A stretch of 56,982 bases of DNA from an uncultured bacterium (GTDB taxonomy: Bacteria; CSSED10-310; CAZUFC01): assembly GCA_964619725.1 (NCBI GenBank), contig CAZUFC010000047.1:1-56982 (forward strand), read 5' to 3'. The first letter of the stretch is position 1. The number at the start of each line of letters is the position of its first letter. The position numbers and the translations under genes are program-made. The notes below the pieces were generated by a model. That model saw nothing but the letters and a program-made list of their open reading frames with translations. It searched no databases and was not told where the DNA came from. Below are positions 1-9,974 of the stretch, in pieces.

Positions 1-56
1 GTGGCTGTCCAGCATTAAATTTTGAATCGAGATTCGAGTTTGTGGACAGGCACTAA

Positions 57-2468
57 CTATTTCTTTAATTTTCCGAAAAACTTCTTAAAAACTCCGCTGT
101 TCTGCTTTTCTTTGATACCCTTTAATTTTTCATTGGCGAGATAATGAGAAGGGTCCCACGCCAGGGCCATTTTATAATATTTTTCTGCACGCTGTAAATT
201 GTTCTGTTTCTCGTATATCGATGCCAGCGTTAAATAATAATCGGGATTCTCCTTATCAAACGTTATAGCTTTCCGGGCGAAACGTTCCGCATCCTGGGCA
301 TTACGACCCCAGTCATTCAACACCATAGCCATGTAATGATAATAATCCCCGCATCGGGAGTCCCGTTTGATAGCCTTCTCCAACAGTTCTCTGGCTTCCT
401 TGAAACTTTGACTTTTATGTTTTTCTACGGCTTCCCTGAAGTACTTCTCGGCTTTGTTGTTCTTATTGTTTTTGTTGTTCGCTTTTCTGTTTTTAAGGTT
501 GTTTCTCACGACGCTGGTTTTCGGTCTGGCCGAAGACCTCTTCCCATTTGCGTCGGTTTTGAAGTCCACGGAAGTTTGAAAATTACTCTTGTGATAAGTA
601 GAAGTTCCTGCCTGCGGGCGTCTGACCGTATTCCGGGGTTTTTGATCAGCCGAAGTCAGCATCCTGTAAGCTGTGTCGATATTGTGAGAGACTATCCGTA
701 ATAATCCCCTCTCCGCATGACCCAACTCCTTATGAGATTTCGGATCAAATTTCTTTCGCAGTCTCTCATAGCTGGTTTTAATATCCAGAGGCGATGCGTT
801 TGAAGGGACGCCGAGAATTTCATGAAAACTCTGATTCGTCTGTTTCTTGTATATGCGACGAACCTTGTCCGAAAAGCTCTCCTCCCTGTATTCTATCCTG
901 TCTTTGTCTATTCCGTCCTTTTTTCTTACAGCAACTTTTCTGACAGCGGGTTTGAGATCGATCAATCCCTTGTAAACCAGTTTAAAGAGAATCCTGAGAA
1001 TCTCTTCCTGAGAACAGCATAGAAGGCTTTTCATATTTCTAACACTGGTCTTGCCGTCGATGCGCATCAATGTGACGCCTTCGTTGACTGAAAGTTCCAT
1101 GGCATCCATGTCCAGTTTCGATATATCCATTTTAACGACCGGAATAAGGTCTAAGGAAGATATCCGCTGATATGCCGAATCAGTCAATGATTTTTTAATC
1201 GTGGCGGAAAACTCTGCCGCTTTGGGATTGTTCGGGGATTTCGACAATACCTCCCGTACGATAGATTCCGCCTCAAATAATCTGTTTTCTCCCATGAAAG
1301 CTTCAGCGCGCAACAGTAATCCATCGATTTCCTCATCGTCGACCTCCAGCCCGGCAGCTTCCTTCATTTCCTCTGCTGCTTCTTCCGCGGTATCGTCCGC
1401 TTCCTCAACAGATTCCTGCCGAACCGTTTCGCGTTCAGCGCCTTCTTCTTCAACAGCTTCCTGCGTTGCAGCCTCCTCTTCAACTATTTCCTGATTCAAG
1501 ACCGCTTCATCAACCGGTTCTTCCCTTACCGCCTCTGTCTTCACGATATCATGCTCCACAGCGCTTTTTTCCTCAAAAGCAACAGACCCCGTTCTCTCAG
1601 CAGACGATTCGCTTTCATCTTCCATAGAATCCGTTTGAACTGCCATCTCAGAAGTTGACGTTTCTTCCGGAACTGAAGCCGATGACTCAACCGTCACATC
1701 TTCCTTCAGCTCGTCAGAGATTTCCATCTTTGTTATTACTGTCTCGTCCTCAGTATCGACAACATCTTCTTCCGGCGTTTCGACCTGTACTGCCGCCTCT
1801 TGCTTTGAGGGAGACTTCAGTTCGATCAGTTTATTCACTGCGCAGAACGTTATGGTTTTGAGAATGAGGAAATCGCCGGCAGGAAATTCCTCCATAATTT
1901 GAGCGATACTGCGTTCACCGTCGATCTGCTTCAGTATCTCTTTTTGTTTGTCAGACATTTTTTTCAGATATATATCTTTTTCTGTGGAATCGAGCCATAC
2001 GGGAATCATTTCATAATTAGCGACGTTATTTTTGATGAGTTCCCATACAGTTTTTCTTTTATTCAAAGCATTGACCAGCGCGGGAGCTTTTACGCCCATG
2101 CTCTTTACCGGCATAAACGGGGTTTCCGTCTGTTCCCGTTCAATCTTCAGCGGTTGCTGATGCAACAGGGAATCAGTAATTTCTCCAATACTGCGGCGGA
2201 TTGACTTGAGGACTTCATTCTTCTTCTGCTTTTCTTCCTCGCCTTTCTGTTCCTCGCGCGAAACCATTTCCCGCACCTGCTCCGGCGACATGGGTTCAGA
2301 CATGATGGGAAATTTTTCCGAAGTGACCCACGTAATGTAACCATTGAAAAAATGAAGTTGAACTGGTTTTTTAGGGGTTTTAACGCGCAGAACGCACGTT
2401 TCGCGATTATTGTACAATTCGATCAATTCATCTTTCAGCGGAGAACGAGGTTCTTCATTTTTTTTCAT
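57..2468 (-). CDS. Multidomain protein: DUF4388/PATAN-like N-terminus, acidic linker, TPR, J-like domain, C-terminal TPRs
   Basis: 803-aa ORF. Two winged-helix-like 'IDG.(R/T)S(I/V)' segments, E-rich linker, J-like segment 'FHEILGVPSNASPLDIKTSYERLRKKFDPK...IDTAYRMLT', C-terminal TPR helices 'YYLTLASIYEKQNNLQRAEKYYKMALAWDP'. Confidence 0.75.
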   Translation of the reverse strand: MKKNEEPRSPLKDELIELYNNRETCVLRVKTPKKPVQLHFFNGYITWVTSEKFPIMSEPMSPEQVREMVSREEQKGEEEKQKKNEVLKSIRRSIGEITDSLLHQQPLKIEREQTETPFMPVKSMGVKAPALVNALNKRKTVWELIKNNVANYEMIPVWLDSTEKDIYLKKMSDKQKEILKQIDGERSIAQIMEEFPAGDFLILKTITFCAVNKLIELKSPSKQEAAVQVETPEEDVVDTEDETVITKMEISDELKEDVTVESSASVPEETSTSEMAVQTDSMEDESESSAERTGSVAFEEKSAVEHDIVKTEAVREEPVDEAVLNQEIVEEEAATQEAVEEEGAERETVRQESVEEADDTAEEAAEEMKEAAGLEVDDEEIDGLLLRAEAFMGENRLFEAESIVREVLSKSPNNPKAAEFSATIKKSLTDSAYQRISSLDLIPVVKMDISKLDMDAMELSVNEGVTLMRIDGKTSVRNMKSLLCCSQEEILRILFKLVYKGLIDLKPAVRKVAVRKKDGIDKDRIEYREESFSDKVRRIYKKQTNQSFHEILGVPSNASPLDIKTSYERLRKKFDPKSHKELGHAERGLLRIVSHNIDTAYRMLTSADQKPRNTVRRPQAGTSTYHKSNFQTSVDFKTDANGKRSSARPKTSVVRNNLKNRKANNKNNKNNKAEKYFREAVEKHKSQSFKEARELLEKAIKRDSRCGDYYHYMAMVLNDWGRNAQDAERFARKAITFDKENPDYYLTLASIYEKQNNLQRAEKYYKMALAWDPSHYLANEKLKGIKEKQNSGVFKKFFGKLKK

Positions 2469-2651
2469 AGAAGCTATCCCTTGAAAAAAGCTTTATTATC
2501 GCTCCGGCCAATCGACGGCGCTGAAAGCGCAAAGGGAGGGCGACGATAACCATTGCGAAAAAAAAATAGTCTACAAGACAAAACAAAAAAAACATCCCAC
2601 TAAATAAATTACCGATTTTCACCAAAAAATCAAAACTTTTGCAGGTAAAAA

Positions 2652-3719
2652 TCATGAAAAATATCCCTGAGCCATTAAAATTTCCGCATTCAACAAAGCT
2701 GCTCCGGCAGCGCCCCTGATGGTATTATGCCCTAAAACAGTGAACCTGAGGGCGAACAGCGGACAACGTCTGATGCGACCTACGACGATAGACATACCGT
2801 CATCGGAGTTTCTATCTTTTCTGTGTTGAGGCCGGAACGGATCATCGGTTATATGAATGGGACGTTCAGGGGCAGATGGAAGCTTTGCGATATTTTCGGG
2901 CCCTCTGAATTCTCGAAGAACGGCCATTGCTTCTTCCGGCTCGACTCTTTTCTCCATGGATGCGGAAATTGAAATCATGTGTCCTTCAGAAACAGGGACC
3001 CGGTGACAATGTGCGCTTATCTGCAGGCAAGCCGGCAGCACGCCTTCGGTCCTGAATTGACCCAGTATTTTCACCGGTTCAATTTCAAGTTTGTGTTCCT
3101 CATTACGTATATAAGGAATGACATTATCGGCCAGATCATATGCGGATTCCCCCGGATAGCCCGCGCCTGATATCGCTTGCAAAGTGGCCATAAATACCTG
3201 CTGCAATTTGAAATTTCTATGCAGAGGAGCCAGGGCCAGAGCCGCAATGATTACGCAGCAATTCGGATTTGTTACTATGAATCCCTTCCCTAAATTACGG
3301 TTTTTCTTCTGTATTTCAATCAGCTTTAAATGTTCGGAATTTATTTCCGGTACTATCAGAGGGACATCAGGCTCATTACGATGAGCCCCCGAATTGCTCA
3401 CCACAGGATACCCGGCCTCAGCAAACTGATTTTCTATCGCATAGGCCGTATCCGAAGGAAGGGCAGAGAAAACAAAATCACAGTCCAACGGGGGCCGACA
3501 AGCTTTGACCTTTTTGTTCCGCAAACCGGAAGAAAGCGGAACGTCAAGCGCCCACCTGGCAGCATCAGCGTAACTCCTGCCTGCTGATTTCTCCGATGCC
3601 GCCAATTCCGTTACTTCAAACCACGGATGATTCTCCAGCATACAAATTAATCGCTGACCCACGATTCCCGTAGCTCCAAGCACACCGGTCTTCAGCTTCT
3701 TGGCGACCCCTTTTTTCAC
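2652..3719 (-). CDS. asd: Aspartate-semialdehyde dehydrogenase
   Basis: Rossmann motif GVLGATGIVGQ, catalytic NPNC, QAISGAG, C-terminal GHNTIRGAAGAA. Confidence 0.96.
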   Translation of the reverse strand: MKKGVAKKLKTGVLGATGIVGQRLICMLENHPWFEVTELAASEKSAGRSYADAARWALDVPLSSGLRNKKVKACRPPLDCDFVFSALPSDTAYAIENQFAEAGYPVVSNSGAHRNEPDVPLIVPEINSEHLKLIEIQKKNRNLGKGFIVTNPNCCVIIAALALAPLHRNFKLQQVFMATLQAISGAGYPGESAYDLADNVIPYIRNEEHKLEIEPVKILGQFRTEGVLPACLQISAHCHRVPVSEGHMISISASMEKRVEPEEAMAVLREFRGPENIAKLPSAPERPIHITDDPFRPQHRKDRNSDDGMSIVVGRIRRCPLFALRFTVLGHNTIRGAAGAALLNAEILMAQGYFS

Positions 3720-4062
3720 TGTCGTCGGTCCTCTCTATCCCCCTGACGAATTCTCCTCAACATCCCCGGAAGCATATTATCACCTTTATCAGCAGAAATC
3801 AAACATCGTCCGTTTGATTGTTTTTGCTTTTCTCCATCTTTAATAAAAATCGGCAACGCGCCCTGTTTGCCGCTTAATGTTTTCTTGCTGAATGACATTT
3901 TTTTCACTTCTGACCGCAATCGTGAAATTGTTTAATCAAGAGTAACGGCTTAAACAAGAACGGACTTCAGGTTACTTTTGTTCTGTGAAGAGCGTCAAAA
4001 AAAATCAAATGCATCCCTCAACAGATCGAATCAAGATAAATATTCCGATCAAGAGCTCATAA

Positions 4063-4275
4063 ATGAAAAACGAGAAAGACATAAAAGAGATTAATCCTGA
4101 TCCTCGCTGCAAGCTCAAAAAACTGATCGGTTCCGGATGAATGGGGAGCGTATGTAAAACCCGGGATATTCATAAAAATAAGTCGACGGCTCTGAACATA
4201 ATCAAAGAAGCGCTGACCGATCCTGAAGACATAGAATGTTTTAAGGCGGAATTCAAGTTTCTGACCGGAGTATGA
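4063..4275 (+). pseudogene. Truncated Ser/Thr protein kinase N-lobe relic
   Basis: Manual translation from ATG 4063: MKNEKDIKEINPDPRCKLKKLIGSG*MGSVCKTRDIHKNKSTALNIIKEALTDPEDIECFKAEFKFLTGV*. It matches kinase subdomains I-III. In-frame TGA at 4138 falls in the Gly-rich loop and the invariant Lys is Asn. Confidence 0.75.
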
Positions 4276-4286
4276 GACGACGCCAT

Positions 4287-5384
4287 CTAATGCAGGACAA
4301 TTTCTGTTTCGGGATCGAAAAAATGAAGCTTCTGATTGTCGAAAATTAGTTTTATATTTTGAAAAACTTTGGCCTGGGTCTTCGGCGCAACGCGCGCGAC
4401 AAAACGGGAATTACCCGCAATAAGATGAAGGTAAGTCTCGGCGCCCATCGGCTCGATTACCTCCACCTGCGCTTCTGCGGTTTTCCCTTCCGTTTTTTCA
4501 GTATAAAATTGCGCATCATAAATATCTTCCGGCCGTATTCCAAAAATTATTTTTTTCCCGTCATATTTTTCAAGCGTTGAAATGTACTTGCCCGGAACGG
4601 CAATCGATATTCCCTCTCCTGAAACAACAGCGTCTCCGTCAGTTTTCACGACGCCTTCAAAAAAATTCATGGCGGGACTGCCTATAAAGCCGGCTACGAA
4701 AACATTAGCGGGATGTTCGTAGATGTCCAGAGGCGAACCGATCTGTTGCAGAAGCCCGTCTTTCAGAATGACGATTCGATCCCCCATCGTCATCGCTTCA
4801 ACCTGATCGTGAGTCACATAAATAGTCGTAGTTTTAAGTTGTTCGTGAAGCCTTGAGATTTCTGCCCGCATCTGAACACGCAATTTCGCGTCCAAATTAC
4901 TGAGGGGTTCGTCGAAAAGGAAGACCTGGGGACGCCGCACAATGGCGCGTCCTACGGCGACTCTTTGTCTTTGGCCGCCTGAAAGAGCCTTCGGCTTTCT
5001 GTAAAGCAACTCGTGTATGCCGAGTATTTCTGCCGCCTCGTTTACTCGCGTTTCTATTTCCTTTTTCGGAAACTTACGCAGCTTCAATCCGAACGCCATA
5101 TTGTCGTACACGTTCATGTGGGGATAGAGCGCATAATTCTGAAAAACCATGGCTATATCCCTGTCTTTGGGGGCCACGTGATTGACGAGCTTATCGTTGA
5201 TGTATATTTCACCGGAGGTTACATCTTCCAAACCGGCCACCATACGAAGCGTCGTCGACTTACCGCACCCGGACGGCCCGACAATCACGGTAAATTGATG
5301 ATCTTCGATAAGCAGGTCCAAATCATTTACGGCCACGAAATCCCCAAACCTTTTTTCAACTTTGTTTAATCGAACTTCTCCCAT
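4287..5384 (-). CDS. malK: Sugar ABC transporter ATP-binding protein (MalK/MsmX/UgpC family)
   Basis: GPSGCGKS Walker A, VFQNYALYPHM, LSGGQRQR, LFDEPLSNLDAKLR, C-terminal TOBE region (GIRPE). Confidence 0.93.
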   Translation of the reverse strand: MGEVRLNKVEKRFGDFVAVNDLDLLIEDHQFTVIVGPSGCGKSTTLRMVAGLEDVTSGEIYINDKLVNHVAPKDRDIAMVFQNYALYPHMNVYDNMAFGLKLRKFPKKEIETRVNEAAEILGIHELLYRKPKALSGGQRQRVAVGRAIVRRPQVFLFDEPLSNLDAKLRVQMRAEISRLHEQLKTTTIYVTHDQVEAMTMGDRIVILKDGLLQQIGSPLDIYEHPANVFVAGFIGSPAMNFFEGVVKTDGDAVVSGEGISIAVPGKYISTLEKYDGKKIIFGIRPEDIYDAQFYTEKTEGKTAEAQVEVIEPMGAETYLHLIAGNSRFVARVAPKTQAKVFQNIKLIFDNQKLHFFDPETEIVLH

Positions 5385-5441
5385 TTACTTTACCCACCTC
5401 CGGGTTGATTTATGATGCCTGAATGGCCTTTTCTCACTGTA

Positions 5442-5470
5442 AACCTAGATTTTTAACATGCTTCTGTCAA
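5442..5470 (-). promoter_or_regulatory. Putative sigma70 promoter for malK
   Basis: Minus strand TTGACA-N17-TAGGTT, ~60 nt upstream of the malK start. Confidence 0.55.
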
Positions 5471-5617
5471 GTAAAATGCGAAAAACCGCCGGACACTCAT
5501 TCCACGCCTTTTGATGCCCGGTCAGTCCGAAGATGATTACGTTAAAAGCAGTAATGCCTGTCGGCAGTCCTGTTTTCAAGAGTGAAAATTCTCATTTTGT
5601 TTTCATGATCGAAAGAA

Positions 5618-7201
5618 TCAATTAAGCGACAGTATTCTGATGCCGCCGGCCGGCACCTTACCTATGTTTACCCCCTCTTCTTTACCCTCTATTTTAACAG
5701 TTATCGACCTGTTGCTGTAAAGGTCCTTAACTTTTTTCGTTTTCTTCAGCCAGTCAACGCCGTAAAGCCGAACTTTCCGTTTCCGGTCGTCGAAATTCAT
5801 GACCACTATCACGCCATTTTCTTCATCTCCCCTTCTGAAAGCGCAGACATAACCGGAAGGCTCCGCATTCAACCATTCAAGCCGTTTTGACGACAATGCG
5901 GGGACGGAACGGCGTATTCCGATCAACTTGCGGTAATGATGCCAGAGCGACTTTTTGCTCTTTTGCTGCTTCATCAGGGAACAGCCGTCACAATGCGGAC
6001 CCGACTGAGAGTCCCAGCAGAAAAATTTCCTTATGTTCGGGTCAGGTTTAACGCCGGTCATGCCGATCTCTTCTCCGTAGTAAAGAAAGGGGGTTCCCCT
6101 AAGAGTCAGAAGCATTGAAGCGGCCGTTTTTCTTTCATGAATTTGAGTCAAACGGGACCCCGTTCTATTCTGATCGTGATTGGTCAGAAATATGGAATCG
6201 ACGAAAGGAAACGCATATAAGCGATTCGTCCGCTTGTAAGACGATTTCAATATATGAGGATTCTCCGTTGCAGCGGCGCCTATCATGGCCGATGCCAGGT
6301 CAAAATTGAACGCGGTATCAGCCGCCTTGTATCCCTGAACGTATCGGGCTGTAATTTCCATATCAGCCCAGGCTTCAACAACTATCACAGCATTCGGGTT
6401 CCTGCTTTTGACGAAATCGTTGAATTCACGCAGCCATTCCAGAGTTTGCAAAGTATCCGCCTGATCGCCGGCCGGACCTGTCTCAATAAAATACCTGGCC
6501 GCATCGATGCGAAAACCGTCCACTCCTGAATCCAGCCAGTATGCGGCGATATCCTTGATCTCCTTTTTAACCTCCTGATTCGTAAAATTCAAATCCGGCA
6601 TGCCTCTCCAGAATAACCCGTAATAGTACCGGTCACCATGACGATGCCAGACGTCGCTGGAATTCCCCGACGCATCCCAGGGGCGTCTCCAGCTATCGGG
6701 CATTTCTTTTTTCCATACATACCAATCCCGGTAAGGGTTATCCGGCTCATCCCCGCAAGATTCGATAAACCAGGGATGCAGATCGGACGTATGATTGACG
6801 GGCAGATCGAGAATCACCCGGATGCCTCTTTTGCGGCATTCGTCAATCAGGTTCCTGAAATCGCTGAGGGAGCCCAACTCCTCGTCGATTTTTCGATAAT
6901 CCGTAACGTCATAGCCGTGGTAACTAGGTGAACTGAAAATGGGCGTTAACCATAGAGCATTTACCCCGAGACTCGATTCAGAATTTTTACTGCCGTCGTT
7001 CAAGTAATCCAGCCTCTCTGCAATGCCTTTCAGATCGCCCGTGCCGTCTCCGTCGCTATCAGCGAAGGAGCGCACGAATATTTCATAAAAAACCGCAGAA
7101 CTATACCATTCGGGAATTTCCGCCGTATCCGCGGGATATATGAAAAGAATTGAGGTAAAAAACGCTGCAACGGCTGCCGTGGCCTTTCCTGCTTTACTCA
7201 T
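5618..7201 (-). CDS. Secreted alpha-amylase family glycoside hydrolase (GH13)
   Basis: Signal-peptide-like N-terminus, FYEIFVRSFADSDGDGTGD, SYHGYDV, catalytic motifs GFRIDAA / VVEAW / FLTNHDQ. Confidence 0.92.
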   Translation of the reverse strand: MSKAGKATAAVAAFFTSILFIYPADTAEIPEWYSSAVFYEIFVRSFADSDGDGTGDLKGIAERLDYLNDGSKNSESSLGVNALWLTPIFSSPSYHGYDVTDYRKIDEELGSLSDFRNLIDECRKRGIRVILDLPVNHTSDLHPWFIESCGDEPDNPYRDWYVWKKEMPDSWRRPWDASGNSSDVWHRHGDRYYYGLFWRGMPDLNFTNQEVKKEIKDIAAYWLDSGVDGFRIDAARYFIETGPAGDQADTLQTLEWLREFNDFVKSRNPNAVIVVEAWADMEITARYVQGYKAADTAFNFDLASAMIGAAATENPHILKSSYKRTNRLYAFPFVDSIFLTNHDQNRTGSRLTQIHERKTAASMLLTLRGTPFLYYGEEIGMTGVKPDPNIRKFFCWDSQSGPHCDGCSLMKQQKSKKSLWHHYRKLIGIRRSVPALSSKRLEWLNAEPSGYVCAFRRGDEENGVIVVMNFDDRKRKVRLYGVDWLKKTKKVKDLYSNRSITVKIEGKEEGVNIGKVPAGGIRILSLN

Positions 7202-7340
7202 GTCAGTTCAATCCTTTCAGAAATTTATGTGCGCATTGAAACGGTTACCAGACCCTGCCGGTTTTCTGTTCAATGCTCTTCAAAAACCGGGACGCCTCCG
7301 TCATTGTCCCGTTCGCATGGACTTACCTTTTGTTACCGGA

Positions 7341-8177
7341 TTACCCTTTGGTGCTGCCTGCAAGCAAACCGGAAACCAGGTGCTTCTGGAAAGCGAAAAA
7401 TAATGCTATAACCGGTATGGAAACCAGAATGGCGCCTGCAGCGAAATATCCCCAGTCGGAGGCATACTGTCCGACGAAACTTTGGAGACCTACGGGAAGC
7501 GTATAGGCTTTTTCGCTGTTCATTACGGTCGCCGCAAGAATAAATTCATTCCAGGCCGTCATGAAGGAAAACAGGCCGGTAATGGCGATGACAGGCCTGG
7601 CTAAAGGCAGCATGATGCGCCAGAATATCGTAAAATTTGACGCTCCGTCGACACGGGCCGCTTCCTCCAGCTCGCGGGGTATGGTATCGAAATATCCTTT
7701 TAGCATCCAAACGCAGAAGGGTATGGAAGTTGTGGAATATACAAAAATCAGTCCGGCGTTCCGATCCAGCAGATGAAGCTTTTCCAGTATAAGGAATAAA
7801 GGTATCAGCATAAGGGTCCCCGGAAACATCTGGGTCACCAGGAAAGAATTCAGTCCGACGTCGCGACCCGGAAAACGAAATCGGGAAAAAGCATAAGCCG
7901 CTGTGCATGCCAGGATGACTCCCAAACCCATGGTCGTCAGAGAAATAACCGTGCTGTTGAAGAGCCAGGTAAAAAACGGCCGCTCGAACAAAATGAAATT
8001 GAAATTCTCCAGCGTCGGTTCCTTTGGTATAGGAATCAAACCTGTATTCAGTCCCATGTTTGGTCCCAGTGCGATCTTTATGACCCATAAAACGGGATAA
8101 AGAGTCAGAAAAGTGACTATTACAAGCGTCATATGACGCATGAATCCTTGCAGGTATTCTTTTCTTTTCTTCTTCAT
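7341..8177 (-). CDS. malG: Maltose/maltodextrin ABC permease (MalG-like)
   Basis: EAA loop 'IPRELEEAARVDGAS', six TM segments, AWNEF, position in sugar ABC operon. Confidence 0.9.
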   Translation of the reverse strand: MKKKRKEYLQGFMRHMTLVIVTFLTLYPVLWVIKIALGPNMGLNTGLIPIPKEPTLENFNFILFERPFFTWLFNSTVISLTTMGLGVILACTAAYAFSRFRFPGRDVGLNSFLVTQMFPGTLMLIPLFLILEKLHLLDRNAGLIFVYSTTSIPFCVWMLKGYFDTIPRELEEAARVDGASNFTIFWRIMLPLARPVIAITGLFSFMTAWNEFILAATVMNSEKAYTLPVGLQSFVGQYASDWGYFAAGAILVSIPVIALFFAFQKHLVSGLLAGSTKG

Positions 8178-9973
8178 CAGTCGAAAGCGCCCTCCGTTGC
8201 CTTGGTGATTCGATTGATCATCTTGCTGTAAGTGTATAAAACAATGAAAATAACGATGGAATAAGCAGCGGCATAACCGTAATTATATTTTTGAAAAGCC
8301 CAACGATAAGCGTCTACGATAAGAATATCGGTTGCCCCGGCCGGAGCCCCTCCCGAAACGAGGTAAATAATGTTGAACATATTGAACGTCCATATCGACC
8401 CTAGAATGATCGCAGGAAACAGCGCGCTTTTCAAAAAAGGAATCGTAATATGAAGAAACTGCTGCTTCTTTGTTGCGCCGTCAATGGACGCCGCTTCATA
8501 AAGTTCTTCCGGGATAGCCTGCAACGCGCCCAGCGAGGCCACCATCATGAACGGGAAACCCAACCATACGTTAGTCGTTAAATTAGCCAGAAATGCTGTT
8601 CCAAAAGAATTGAACCAACTGATGGACTCCATCCCGACAAATTCCAGAAACGCGTTGATGGCTCCGAACTGCTTATGAAACATGCCTTTCCATATTAAAG
8701 CGGTAATGTAGTTTGGAATGGCCCAGGGAAGAATCAAAAGCACGCGATAAACGCCCTTGAAATGCAGCCTGGGATGATTGAGTATAAGAGCCAGCGCCAG
8801 TCCGATTGATACATGCAAAATTACGTTGGCCGCAGTCCATAAGATGGTTACGCCCAGAGTAAAATAAAAATTATCGGGTTGAGTGACGTTTAAATTCGTC
8901 AATATGGCGATGAAGTTATCCACCCCGACGAATTCAACCGTATCTCTTTTCATTTTCAAGAAAGCCAGAACAACGCCATAAGAGAGAGGCAGGAACACCA
9001 GGACAAACATGCCGATCATGGCCGGAGAAATATATGTGTAAGCTAAGCGGTGCTTCCGCAGTGCAGCGAACGCGGCTCTCACTCTCCCCTGTCGAAAGGC
9101 GTAATAGACGGCTGCTCCCGATATTAAGCCGAAAAACCTGAACCAGTAGGGCAATTCAGGTAAGTCCGGCGAAACCGTTTTCTGGGCCGCAGTAAGCTTC
9201 GTGATAATTCCGGATGAACGGTAATGATCCGCCAGCTCTTCAGAATTCACGCTCAGGTCAATCAACTGCTCCATGTATTCAGCATTTTTTTTCTGATCCT
9301 GAATGTCGTATCCCGTGGATTCCCGTGGCGGCCATATCAAACAAAAAACCGAAAAAAGGAACAGCAGAACGATATTAACGGCATCCTGGCGACGTCCTTT
9401 CAACACAAAAAGCAGCGCCGCTCCCGCCAGGGCTAATCCCAAAGCCGTCAGCACGGGCGTCAGCCACTGTCTATGAGGCGGAATAAAAACCCGGCAAAAG
9501 ACCGCTCCTTTCAACGAACCATCCTGATGCAAAGGGAAAGTCGCATAAAGCATCCGCGGTTGCCGGAGAAAATTACGTTCGATTTCAATAACTTCCGCTG
9601 CCTCCCCCTCTTTTCCCCATTGATGCTTGATCTTCCGGAACCGGTCGTACATCGCCTTATCCGACAAATCCTTCGGATTCAGTCGCTCTCCTATCTTTTC
9701 AGGTTCGTCGTTGTAAAGATACTTCATGCCTGAAAGGGCGGCACAGGCTCTGAGCGAAGGAACAATATCATGCAATTTATCGAAAGCGACCTGGGAGTTG
9801 TCTCCCGCAATAGTCGGATTGATGAAATCAGCCGCCAGCCGGGCTTCAAATTGAGCCTGCAGAAAGGCCCTGTTGTTAAAGGAAGAAATAGTCGTCAGCC
9901 ATACGCCGATAGCCATTACAGCCAGAGCAACACATAACCCGATAAATTTGTGTTTCGTCATGACCCGCTGCAC
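8177..9973 (-). CDS. malF: Maltose/maltodextrin ABC permease (MalF-like) with long N-terminal extension
   Basis: C-terminal half has LILPWAIP, WLGFPFMM, 'LYEAASIDGA', FNMFNIIYL. About 300 extra N-terminal residues. True start may be ATG at 9961. Confidence 0.85.
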   Translation of the reverse strand: MQRVMTKHKFIGLCVALAVMAIGVWLTTISSFNNRAFLQAQFEARLAADFINPTIAGDNSQVAFDKLHDIVPSLRACAALSGMKYLYNDEPEKIGERLNPKDLSDKAMYDRFRKIKHQWGKEGEAAEVIEIERNFLRQPRMLYATFPLHQDGSLKGAVFCRVFIPPHRQWLTPVLTALGLALAGAALLFVLKGRRQDAVNIVLLFLFSVFCLIWPPRESTGYDIQDQKKNAEYMEQLIDLSVNSEELADHYRSSGIITKLTAAQKTVSPDLPELPYWFRFFGLISGAAVYYAFRQGRVRAAFAALRKHRLAYTYISPAMIGMFVLVFLPLSYGVVLAFLKMKRDTVEFVGVDNFIAILTNLNVTQPDNFYFTLGVTILWTAANVILHVSIGLALALILNHPRLHFKGVYRVLLILPWAIPNYITALIWKGMFHKQFGAINAFLEFVGMESISWFNSFGTAFLANLTTNVWLGFPFMMVASLGALQAIPEELYEAASIDGATKKQQFLHITIPFLKSALFPAIILGSIWTFNMFNIIYLVSGGAPAGATDILIVDAYRWAFQKYNYGYAAAYSIVIFIVLYTYSKMINRITKATEGAFD

Positions 9974-9974
9974 T

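Noticed and set aside
2495-2550. Hairpin with GAAA loop and GCAAAG resembling a c-di-GMP-I riboswitch
   Set aside because: It is antisense to the downstream gene and lacks the GGCAAAC/P2-P3 arrangement.
4138-4140. TGA at a conserved Gly position, suggesting genetic code 25 or selenocysteine
   Set aside because: TGA ends intact genes here (asd, leuC-like, murF) at expected C-termini, and the fragment has other inactivating changes, so pseudogene is the simpler reading.
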